Shown in pieces: positions 54,729-64,000 of a stretch of 64,000 nucleotides of DNA. The position numbers were made by a program, and so were the translations under genes. This DNA is from a virus. Location of the stretch: the IMG/VR virus record IMGVR_UViG_3300037247_001890, positions 1 to 64,000 of that record. One strand, written 5' to 3'. Positions within the stretch are counted from its first letter, which is position 1; the number at the start of each line of letters is the position of its first letter. Under the pieces are notes generated by a model. The model was not told the origin of the DNA. It saw nothing but the letters and a program-made list of their open reading frames with translations, and made no database searches.

Positions 54729-55629
54729 CTCATTAAAACAAAAGGAAAATAATGAAAATAGAAGTTGATGAAAATAGGGACATTATATTGAAAGATGTTT
54801 TTAATGGTGTCGGATTTATATCTCCCGACGGCGAAAAATTTAATATATGCATGCGTGATGGCGGCTATGAATTTAGTTATCAAGGAACATGGTTTCGTGC
54901 AGTTGGTGGAATAATGGAAATAATAAATTTAAATCCTATAAAGGACAAAAAATGATATTTTGGATAGCACTAATTTTATTACTTTGGATTATCTCCATAG
55001 TATTTAATGACATAGAAGACTCGCTGGCGCATCATTATAAAAGCACAGTCTTTGACTGGCTGCCGAAGCATACATGGCTATCCTGGTATATGAAGGATCC
55101 GGATACGACTTGGAAAAGAAAGTATATTTGGTTGCCGGCCGGCCGTGATGGTGAAACAAAAGCAGGCAGGAAAAAATTTCTTGGCATAATAATACCAGCA
55201 TTTTTCTTTGATGGTTGGCATGGAGCAAAAATTATAAGACAATTTTTCCAGTATTTAACAATTTACGTGGGCATAAATAGCGGAATAGCAATTCCATTTA
55301 TATTAGGCTTGTTACTATTTATGATCAGTAACCAAATCACTCATTCCCACTTGTTTTATGGTGGAATGTTTCTAAAAAAATGGTGGGAATAATTCCCACT
55401 TTACAGAGAACGGAGGAATAATGGGCAACAGATATTTTTTAACGATCAAATGTCCTAGTTGTGGTTATTTCGACGAGGATGTTTATTATGCTCCCACTTG
55501 TGGTTTTGTAGATTGGAGATGTCCTAAATGCGGTAAGGTTGTAGATTTAGAGGAAGAGACTGGTATTAGTTATGAGGACGCATCTAATCTTGGAGCCATT
55601 AAGAAGCTGTGTTCTAAGTTTGAAAAGAA

Positions 55630-55702
55630 AGGGGATAAGTCTTAACGGTGAGACGGGTGCTTTGGGAGCATCAGGCGGTCGGTTCGATCCCGGCATCCCC
55701 TA
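55630..55702 (+). tRNA. tRNA-Pro(TGG)
   Basis: ggtgc-ttTGGga-gcatc. Confidence 0.85.
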
Positions 55703-55703
55703 C

Positions 55704-56008
55704 AAAAATCGATGGGCTTTCCTCGGAAACACAATGCGTAGTATTGTGGTCAAAACCTGGAATATTATGTAGTGCGATTTGAAGCAGTCCGGAGCGCGTA
55801 TCAAACAGTAAATAGTCGGACCTTGGGACAGCAGTCCGGTAAGGATGTCTTGAATCTCGAACCCCTGCTGTGGTAGCTTTTGTAAATCTTAATGGAGCCT
55901 ACGTGAACGTTTGTAACGTAACCCGTCGTCGACAGTCCCATACGTGGGGCGACTGGCACGCCGTAAGTTCATTTATCCAGTAACGTGAATAATCCCCCAT
56001 CGATTTTT
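55704..56008 (+). ncRNA. ~305-nt orphan structured RNA between tRNA-Pro and tRNA-Cys
   Basis: 13-bp closing stem aaaaatcgatggg/cccatcgattttt; GC-richer, no convincing ORF. Confidence 0.6.
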
Positions 56009-56012
56009 TAAT

Positions 56013-56083
56013 GATTCCGTGGCCGAGTGGCTAGGCGAGAGACTGCAAATCTTTTTACGTCAGTTCAAATCTGACCGGAATCT
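56013..56083 (+). tRNA. tRNA-Cys(GCA)
   Basis: agaga-ctGCAaa-tcttt; U73. Confidence 0.9.
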
Positions 56084-56953
56084 CTATGAGAAGGAAAAAA
56101 TGAAAGAAAAAAGATTTCACATTTTACAAGCAAATAGCCTCAATAAAGAAGATATTATTGTGGGAGGTCTTTACAGATATGATCAAATTGCAACTGTAAG
56201 AAAAAATAAAACCTATGAAGGACAAAAAACATTAAGAGTACAAACTTTAGCGGGTGCACGTTATATGAGACTTACCTATTTTCAAGATAGAAACTTCTAT
56301 ATAAGAATAGAAAGAGAATTGCATCTTTTAGATGGACTACCTATTTCGGGACAAGTAGATTCAAAGTTATATAGAAAAACAGTTGATATAGAAGCATCTC
56401 AAAAGTTTTTAGGATATCTAGATTCTTTGCCAGAAGAAGTGGTAAAACCAAAAACACCTATAGAGCAACTACAAGAGCAAATGTATTGAAAGGACTACAC
56501 ATAATCGAATCAGAAACCCCAGGAATTACAAAAATAAAATTAAAAACTAGCGATAGAAAACCGATGTTTGCCAAAGGTTCTAATTCTGAAAGATCCGATT
56601 GGTCGTCTTATAAAATGTTTAAAAAATATAAAAAATACAAAAACAAAAAAATATTAAAAATGTATCGAAGTTCGTGGAATAGCGATGAATTTTTTATCAA
56701 ACATTTTATGTGAAAGCAAATGCAATGAAAGAATTACACATAATTGAATCAGAAACTCCGGGAGTAACACGAAGTAAAGTAAAGGTGGAAAAAATAATCA
56801 AACATTTTGCAATAGACCTTGATATAGAGCTTGGAGATTTTTCATCATTGGAAATAGAAAAACAGAAAGGTTGGTACAGAGGACACAAAATATTAAGGAT
56901 ATATCGCAGTTCATGGAAAGAAGATGAATATTTCGTTAGGCATTTCATGTGAT

Positions 56954-57037
56954 GGAGCGGTGGCAGAGTTGGTTGATCGCGCGAGGTTGTAGCCCTCGAC
57001 TGTAAAAAGCACGGTGGTTCGAATCCATCCCGCTTCA
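56954..57037 (+). tRNA. tRNA-Tyr(GTA)
   Basis: cgagg-ttGTAgc-cctcg; class II arm. Confidence 0.85.
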
Positions 57038-57299
57038 CAAGAACTTCTTCGGAGGAAGTTAAGGCAAGGTTATAATCCGACTGCAACAACATAAGATTAG
57101 ATTAATAGAGGATAGAAAGATGCTAACCGGTTTAGATGATAATGGTAAATTTCGCTGCATCTTTCAGAAATGAAAAGTAGTCGAGAGTCTACTCCTTTGA
57201 GTCCTTGTGATGCATTCCATCGCTTAGGATTACTTTTCATTTTTCATTTTATTATGGCATAATAGAAGTACAATCAATCTTTATTCTAAGGAGATATTT

Positions 57300-58682
57300 A
57301 TGACTTACGCAAAAACTGATAAAGACGCTTTACAATATGAAAGTTCTGGCAGTCGTTTGGTAGATTTTTTCTCTAAAGCAGCTGTACAAAGAATGCAGGT
57401 ATTGGCAGGTGAAGATGATTTAATACCTCTTTATAAAAGAGCTAAACAAGAGGATCACATATTAGCGACGAAGACAGTATTTTGGTTGCGTGATCCTAGA
57501 GCAGGAGCTGGAGAAAGAGCAGCAGGAATAAAACTACTTAAGCATTTGGCTGATACACAACCAGGCTTTGTATCCGAAAATATGCTACAAATAGCTGAAT
57601 ATGGCAGATGGAAAGATCTGATTGAATTATCGTCAACTCATAAAAACGATGTAATTATTACCTGGGCAAAGGCAATAAAAGAAGGTGATCGCCTGGCATC
57701 TAAATGGGCACCACGCAAGGGAGATTTGGCTCGATCAATTCGAGACGAGTTAGGGATAACCAATGCAGAGTATCGTCATACATTAAAGAAAAATTCTGAA
57801 ACTGTGGAACAAGCAATGTGTTCTAAAGACTGGGGTTCTATTGATTATACGAAAGTGCCATCCGTGGCAATGCGTAAATATAGTCGCGCATTTCGTAAAA
57901 ATGATACCCAGCGTTTTGATGATTTTCTTGGCGATTCGACAAAAAAAATAAATACTGCAGTAAATTATCCTCATGAGGTTGTAAGACACATACGAACAGA
58001 CGTTGATGTTAGTGATAAAATGTGGACAAACTTACCGGAGTTCACACAACCTGGTCAGTATTTTTTGACTGTGGTTGACGTATCAGGATCAATGACTTGT
58101 ACAGCTATCGATAAGGCAGGAAGCCAGCCAATACATGTAGCCCTAGCTTTAGGGTTATACCTTGCAGAAAGAAACGTGGGACCTTTTGCTAATAAAGTGA
58201 TCACCTTTTCTGATATGCCACAGTGGGTTGAAATAGACCCAAAGGAAAAGTTACATCAGAAATTCGTAGATTTGTGCAATATAGACTGGGGTGGCACAAC
58301 CAATATCGAACGAACTTATGAGCTAATTCTGAAATTAGCAAACGCAGCCTCAGTACCACAAGATAAAATGCCATCAACACTGATTATCTTATCGGACATG
58401 CAATTTGATTCATGTACGAGCGGTATGACGCATTTGGATAACATACAAAATAAATATAAAGAATATGGGTATGAAATTCCAAAGCTAGTATTTTGGAACC
58501 TGTCAGGCAGCTACACGGGTAGTCCAATAGATAACAGGGATAATGTAGCCCTGATATCTGGTTTTAGTCCTACTATTTTGAAGGCCGTTCTTCAAAATAA
58601 GGTCATAGACCCTGTCGGCGTTCTAAAAGATGCAGTAGATGGTTATAACATTAATTTTGACCACTTCGATCCCGAAGCATAG
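57300..58682 (+). CDS. DUF2828-type helical-repeat + vWA protein (TROVE/Ro60-like)
   Basis: WLRDPRAGAGER, YGRWKDL, KWAPR, VPSVAM, MIDAS DVSGSM, WGGTTN, ILSDMQFD, VFWNL, SGFSP. Confidence 0.85.
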   Translation: MTYAKTDKDALQYESSGSRLVDFFSKAAVQRMQVLAGEDDLIPLYKRAKQEDHILATKTVFWLRDPRAGAGERAAGIKLLKHLADTQPGFVSENMLQIAEYGRWKDLIELSSTHKNDVIITWAKAIKEGDRLASKWAPRKGDLARSIRDELGITNAEYRHTLKKNSETVEQAMCSKDWGSIDYTKVPSVAMRKYSRAFRKNDTQRFDDFLGDSTKKINTAVNYPHEVVRHIRTDVDVSDKMWTNLPEFTQPGQYFLTVVDVSGSMTCTAIDKAGSQPIHVALALGLYLAERNVGPFANKVITFSDMPQWVEIDPKEKLHQKFVDLCNIDWGGTTNIERTYELILKLANAASVPQDKMPSTLIILSDMQFDSCTSGMTHLDNIQNKYKEYGYEIPKLVFWNLSGSYTGSPIDNRDNVALISGFSPTILKAVLQNKVIDPVGVLKDAVDGYNINFDHFDPEA

Positions 58683-58724
58683 GGCAAGAAGATATTACGC
58701 GACATACGTCACGTTGAATAAAAC

Positions 58725-58753
58725 TTGCATCCTGGTTTAAAATTCGGTATATT
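58725..58753 (+). promoter_or_regulatory. sigma70 promoter for the downstream ncRNA cluster
   Basis: TTGCAT-17-TATATT. Confidence 0.65.
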
Positions 58754-58768
58754 GTGGTACGAGTTTAA

Positions 58769-59216
58769 ACAACTAACAGCACTAACAAAAAAACAGGAAC
58801 AATTGGTCACAGGTTCGAATCCTGTCATCCGCCCATGGTATGAACATGTCACACGGTGGATGTAGCTCAGTGGATAGAGCAATTGTATTTGATCCAAGCA
58901 CAGTTGTCCGCAAGGTTTTAGCTTGGATTTTATAAAAATAAGTTTGAATAGGAACGAAAGAACTCACAGCACCCCAAAATTTGACCTTGAAAATCAAAAA
59001 AAACCAACGTTCTCCGAAAGGTGTTCCTGTTCTAAAAAAAATACACCATACAGCAAACAAATACTGGTTGCTTCTACGCTAAAAGGTGGCGGTGTCCGGA
59101 AGGTTTAAAACTCGGCAGCGTTAGAGGCAGGGTTTCGATACCCAAACAATCAACCCATCAGCACACCATACAAATCAAAGATCAGGGGAGTCGACATGAT
59201 TGGGGTTACCGAAAGG
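58769..59216 (+). ncRNA. four Y-RNA-like modules; unit 1 contains a circularly permuted tRNA-like domain
   Basis: Each unit is stem-CAGCA...stem-CCGNAAGG; unit 1 order is T arm, closed acceptor-like stem, D arm. Confidence 0.75.
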
Positions 59217-61331
59217 TTTGACGACATGTAGGCTGGACCTGAAGCATAATATCTCCTAAACCGAAGGGCGTTGGCACATTAAGATGTATGTCGGCGTCCT
59301 TTTTTTATTAATTTTAGTCGGAGGATGAATGCCAACAATCCAACATGAATTGGCTAAAGTTGGACTTATACGAAAACGCAAGGCAGAATTCTGGGAAAAC
59401 ATAAATACACTTAAACCAGAATATCGTCGAGTATTGAAAGAAAAGGCAGAAGCATTCAATGCTGATCCTGTTACAATAGCTAGAATTGAATTTAGACTTC
59501 AATCAGTTTTAAAACAGATCAAAAGACTTACAAAAGCAGCAAAAGCTGCATAATAATCAAAATAGGGTGGAATTTTAACCCTATTTTTTTTATATTTATC
59601 TGAGGAATATAATATGGCAAAAAATGCAGGAGGAGAAAATACAGCTCTATTTATTTTGATGGGATTCAAAGTATTAGGAAAAGTAGAAAATCTTGATGTG
59701 ACGAAACCACCAGATGATATTAGAAAGATTGTTGATCAATCCATACAAAAAAGATTTGTAAAAAAACCAGGGCAAAGAATATTTATAGATTATAAATTAG
59801 ATGTTTCATCTGACTCAATAGAGATTTTTCCTAAAAATTTGTTTACTGCTTTATCGTTTTTTGGGTATGATATTCCTTTTGCACTAAACACTCCTTTCAA
59901 AGTTTGGAAAGGTTTTATAATTAGTTATGGTCCTTCTTGCACAGGATTTTTCCTGGCATAAGAAACTTGATATATTAACTTTATTTAGGTAAATTATATG
60001 AAAATAGAATATATACATTACGTAAAAGATCAATCCGATTTTGAAGGTGATATTCAAAGGATAAGCGTTGAAAGCGTCATACACCTGGCTAAAACATTGA
60101 CAAAGTTCAAAGCAGAGCATGTCAACTGGGTAGGGGCCATAGACAATATTTTTACTCAACACGCTACAATGTATGCTTTGGTATTTTACCAAGGCGAGTG
60201 GAATTCTACAGAAATTGTAGATAGGCTAATCGAAGATGCGAATACACCGTATTCGGGAGATTATTGGCCGACGCCTTTTTTCCCATTATTGTCAGCAGTC
60301 AATTCTGACAGAACTAAATTTGTCGAGAAATTAAAAGGAGACAACATTATTTAAATGAGTAGAAGTACAAAAGTTAAAATTTCCATACCGGATGATTTTA
60401 GTAGGACTTCAATCGAAGACCAGGAAGAATATCTTTTTAAATATTTAAAAGATATCGGATTTTCGAAGCAGAATTTCAGGCATCCTATAGAGATAGGCGA
60501 GCATGATGAAGCTTTATGGGAATTCTATATAGACAAATTGCCCGAGATCCAGGAAGATATGGAATTAGACAAATTACTAGGTGCTTATTATTTAATACAT
60601 CGAATTAAATCAGGTGTCCTCAGTTATGAGAAATTGGCAGAAATAATATTGGAGGCCAGAGGTGGACTGAGTATTTATTACCATAAACCACAAATGCCAC
60701 GATCTGAAGCATTAGATTTTAAAGACAACCTAAGAGATTGGATAGATATGATTCTAGAAGAATCTGTGGAAGATCTAGATATAGAGGTAAGACGTTCTGA
60801 ATATAGACAATATGTCGTAGCACTCGACAAATTATCTAAAAAAGTAAATAAAAACAGTACAATTTATGTAAGTTTAACGCGCCCTGGCAGTCATGTAAGA
60901 AATGATTTGTCATTGGTTGAGAAAAAATTAACAAAAATACAAAATGAAAGCTAAAAAATGAATAGAATACAGCCGGAAGAATTGATAAAATTACAAGGAA
61001 TACTTCGTAGAGGAACAATTGTCAAAGTTCATAATCAGAAAGACGATATTTTTCTAGAAGCAACTTTTGATGGATTCGCAGACGCCGAATGTCCATACAG
61101 ATATTGTTTACTCCATCCTAAAAATCCTGGAAAACAAAAAGATGTAAAACCCTGTGATGGTTTTATGAGGTGGATTATAAATGATGAGGAGCAAGAATCT
61201 TGTCCTTATTTAGGTGGATTGGAATTTACAGCAGGTGACATGCAAGTTATTACAGAAATTAAAACAAAAAAGAAAAATCCAGAGACAGGCGGTTATGATG
61301 AAACGTGGCTTATCCCAAGTGATTACCTGAA

Positions 61332-61895
61332 ATGAAAATATTAAGAAAAATAAATGTAATAGATATAGAAGCGACATGTTGGGATAATCCTGAAGAGAGG
61401 AAAGACCAACCTAATGAAGCCATAGAAATAGGAATAACTGAGGTTGATCTTTCTAATCTTGAAATAAATAACAGCAAGAGTGTGTACGTAATTCCACGAA
61501 ATAGTTCTATATCAGAATTTTGTACAAAATTAACAGGCATTCCACCAGCATTAATAGCGGGAAGAGGAGTTAGCTTCACTAAAGCTATACGTGTTTTAAA
61601 ACAAACTTTTAGAATACATAACAGGCATTGGATTAGTTGGGGCGACTATGATAAGGACCAATTACAACGTGATTGCGACAGGAATAATTTGGTATATAAT
61701 AAAGTATTCTTCAAAAGACATACCAATTTTAAAACTGTTTTTGCTATGCTATATGGGCTCCCAAAAGAACTGGGCGTAGAAGCGGCATTGACCCATATAG
61801 GTCTGCACTTTGCAGGACAGCTCCATAGCGGAAAAGATGATTCTTTTAATATTGCCCGACTTTATGTCCATACGTTGAAAAAATTTAGGAAATAA
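61332..61895 (+). CDS. DEDDh 3'-5' exonuclease (ERI-1/KapD-like)
   Basis: VIDIEATCW, IEIG, FCTKLTGI, SWGDYD, HSGKDDS. Confidence 0.9.
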   Translation: MKILRKINVIDIEATCWDNPEERKDQPNEAIEIGITEVDLSNLEINNSKSVYVIPRNSSISEFCTKLTGIPPALIAGRGVSFTKAIRVLKQTFRIHNRHWISWGDYDKDQLQRDCDRNNLVYNKVFFKRHTNFKTVFAMLYGLPKELGVEAALTHIGLHFAGQLHSGKDDSFNIARLYVHTLKKFRK

Positions 61896-61896
61896 T

Positions 61897-62361
61897 ATGG
61901 GAAGCGTATATTACCACGGAACAAATGAGCAAAAAGCCAACAAAATACTTTCTGATGGATTTCAATCTGGAACGTACTTTACATGGGATTTACACAGTGC
62001 CTTAGTTATGGGAGGAATGTGGGTTTTTGGAATATACATTAAGGATAAAGGGATTGAAGATTATTGGGAATGGAGAAATTCAGAAGTTATTTTAGCTGAT
62101 AGAATCTTATACCTACGTAAATTCTCGGTTGAATGTATCCACGATAGCGAAAATGAATTAGAAAAAATCAACATCATAAATCATAAAGAAGAATATGGAG
62201 ATCAAATAATTCATTGTAACCATTGTAAGGGTAGGGGTCAAACGAGTCCAGCCAACTTATATGGTGGGTGGCAAACATCGAAACTTATTGTATGTGAAAA
62301 ATGCGGAGGTTTTGGATGCACTCAACTAAATGGAAAATATATTAATGACACAAATGAATAA
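61897..62361 (+). CDS. putative ADP-ribosyltransferase-fold protein with DnaJ-type Zn finger
   Basis: YYHGT...GF..GTYFT; CNHCKGRG...CEKCGGFG. Confidence 0.35.
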   Translation: MGSVYYHGTNEQKANKILSDGFQSGTYFTWDLHSALVMGGMWVFGIYIKDKGIEDYWEWRNSEVILADRILYLRKFSVECIHDSENELEKINIINHKEEYGDQIIHCNHCKGRGQTSPANLYGGWQTSKLIVCEKCGGFGCTQLNGKYINDTNE

Positions 62362-62664
62362 ACTTAGTTGGAATTTTACAAAGGAAATTCCCAAAGATGA
62401 GAGAATCGCAGCATTAAGAATACGTTTCATGAACATTATAGATCTTGACGCAAGTAATGAAATGTATATCAGAATTCCCAACGGAGGTCGATGTGAATAT
62501 TCTCCTTTAGAAAGAATGTTTCATTTATATGACTCCGATGGTGATATGATTAGAAATGTGCAGGCCCCAGAAAACACCGCAGTAGATATTTCTTACATTG
62601 ATATAGAATATTTAGAATTATTAGATTCAACAAACCCCGAATTCCATCGAGATTTACTAAATTA

Positions 62665-62994
62665 ATGACAAAAAAATTATATTTGGATGACATACGCAAT
62701 GCCCCAAAAGGGTGGGATCGTGTGCATACGGCAAAAGAATGTGTTGAAGCTTTAGCAACACAACAATATGATACAATATCACTAGATCACGATCTGGGTG
62801 AAGACCAGGCTACTGGTTATGATGTTCTAGCTTGGCTAGAAGAAACAGTACAACAACATAAAGATTTCAGAATACCGACGATTTTTATCCACACGGATAA
62901 TCCTGTTGGAAGAATACGTATGGTGCAAGCATTACAAAGTATATGGAGGATACGGGATGATAAAAATGCAAATAATGTCGGACCTGCACAATGA
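62665..62994 (+). CDS. cyclic-phosphate-processing receiver-like domain protein
   Basis: LYLDDIR..P.GW, ISLDHDLG, TGYD, IHTDNPVG. Confidence 0.75.
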   Translation: MTKKLYLDDIRNAPKGWDRVHTAKECVEALATQQYDTISLDHDLGEDQATGYDVLAWLEETVQQHKDFRIPTIFIHTDNPVGRIRMVQALQSIWRIRDDKNANNVGPAQ

Positions 62995-63712
62995 GTTTGG
63001 CCTTAAATCAATAGTACGAACTGACGCTGATGTTATTATATTAGCAGGAGATATAGATACCAAAGCATCCGCAGTACCATGGATAATAGATGTCTATAAA
63101 GATACACCTGTTGTTTATATTGCAGGAAATCATGAATATTATTATTCTGACATTTGGGAGATAGATGACCATCTAGAAAAATCATGTAGTAAAACAAATA
63201 TACGATTTTTACAAAATAAAATGAAAGTAATTAACGGTACAAGATTTCTGGGAACAACCTTATGGACAGATTTTCATTATAATGGGCCTGAAATGAGGGA
63301 TTATTATATGAAATACGCGAAAAGAAATATGACTGATTTCTCAGTTATCAAAAATGGTAATAAAAGATTTACTCCTGAGGATAGTTTTGAATTGCATGTA
63401 GATGCCAGAAATTTTTTGAGAGAGCATCTTGCAAAAATGTTTGATGGAAAAACGGTAGTCGTTACACACCATGGTCCATTCCCCCAGGCAATAAGCAGAG
63501 ATTTTGCAAACAGCCCTCTCAACCCTGCTTTTGTTGTGGACATGCAGGATTTGATGTACGACTATGAGCCTGATTTATGGATCTATGGACATACACATGG
63601 GCAATCTATGGACACATTTATAGGAAAAACAAGAGTAGTTTCCAACCCAAGAGGCTATCCACAAGAAAGCGATAGCAGCCCCTTTTTACCAGATTTTACC
63701 GTATCTATATAA
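62957..63712 (+). CDS. calcineurin-like metallophosphoesterase
   Basis: SDLH, LAGD, GNHE, GTTLWTD, THH, GHTH, NPRGY. Confidence 0.9.
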   Translation: MIKMQIMSDLHNEFGLKSIVRTDADVIILAGDIDTKASAVPWIIDVYKDTPVVYIAGNHEYYYSDIWEIDDHLEKSCSKTNIRFLQNKMKVINGTRFLGTTLWTDFHYNGPEMRDYYMKYAKRNMTDFSVIKNGNKRFTPEDSFELHVDARNFLREHLAKMFDGKTVVVTHHGPFPQAISRDFANSPLNPAFVVDMQDLMYDYEPDLWIYGHTHGQSMDTFIGKTRVVSNPRGYPQESDSSPFLPDFTVSI

Positions 63713-64000
63713 TAAGGAATATAATGGAACCACTAATGAATGCTCCCCAATGGTTTTTGGAGAGGGAAGATTCAGTAGAATTGATAGGCTTATTAAAAGA
63801 TAATTATAATGACCCTATTGTAATATTAAACAAATATACCTATAGAAATGGAAGAAGATATCTGGTTATACTTGAAGGTTCTATAGGTGCTTGTATTCGT
63901 ACTTATGATTATCCACAAAAAATAAATAAAGGTAAATTTGTACGAATAAGGTGTATATACGATACACAAAATGATCAATACATATCAATTTAGATAGGAG

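Noticed and set aside
40855-56086. ORF-track starts at 40855, 41695, 43502, 43864, 47077 and 56019
   Set aside because: These begin inside tRNA genes; the credible starts are the ATGs at or just after the tRNA 3' ends
1-64000. Stop-codon reassignment in this phage
   Set aside because: Conserved genes (gmd, rtcB, thyX, DUF2828) are full length in code 11, and TAA, TAG and TGA all terminate genes; the short ORFs have their own repeated start motifs

Overview
This window is best read as a segment of a very large (jumbo/huge) bacteriophage genome in standard genetic code. It is AT-rich, packed with small ORFs and carries no rRNA or host housekeeping operons. In order: (1) a minus-strand sugar-modification operon at 1.4-13.8 kb (gmd, NDP-sugar C-methyltransferase, B12 radical SAM, FkbM, PIG-L, acyltransferase, glycosyltransferases); (2) a tandem array of about 32 translationally coupled microproteins at 15.2-20.5 kb that share a ~36-nt start motif (MKVKFFxQPYLL) and diverge downstream; (3) hypothetical ORFs, a PD-(D/E)xK-like nuclease, a GAF/HD-GYP protein, probable virion genes and an HNH endonuclease; (4) a ~23-kb translation-RNA island at 36.2-59.2 kb with tmRNA, a reduced RNase P RNA, 27 canonical tRNAs, an arm-rearranged tRNA-Ile-like gene, two arrays of structured ncRNA modules and several orphan RNAs, interleaved with rtcB, thyX, an RNA ligase and a DUF2828/vWA (TROVE-like) gene; (5) RNA end-processing enzymes. 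The most striking signal is a tRNA-punctuation layout. For 9 tRNAs the A of the next ATG is exactly tRNA position 76, with no room for a Shine-Dalgarno site. For 9 tRNAs the upstream ORF's stop codon lies inside or overlaps the tRNA. tRNA maturation would therefore release leaderless and non-stop mRNAs, and the phage carries its own RNase P RNA and tmRNA. All family assignments come from motif recognition by eye; no searches were run.
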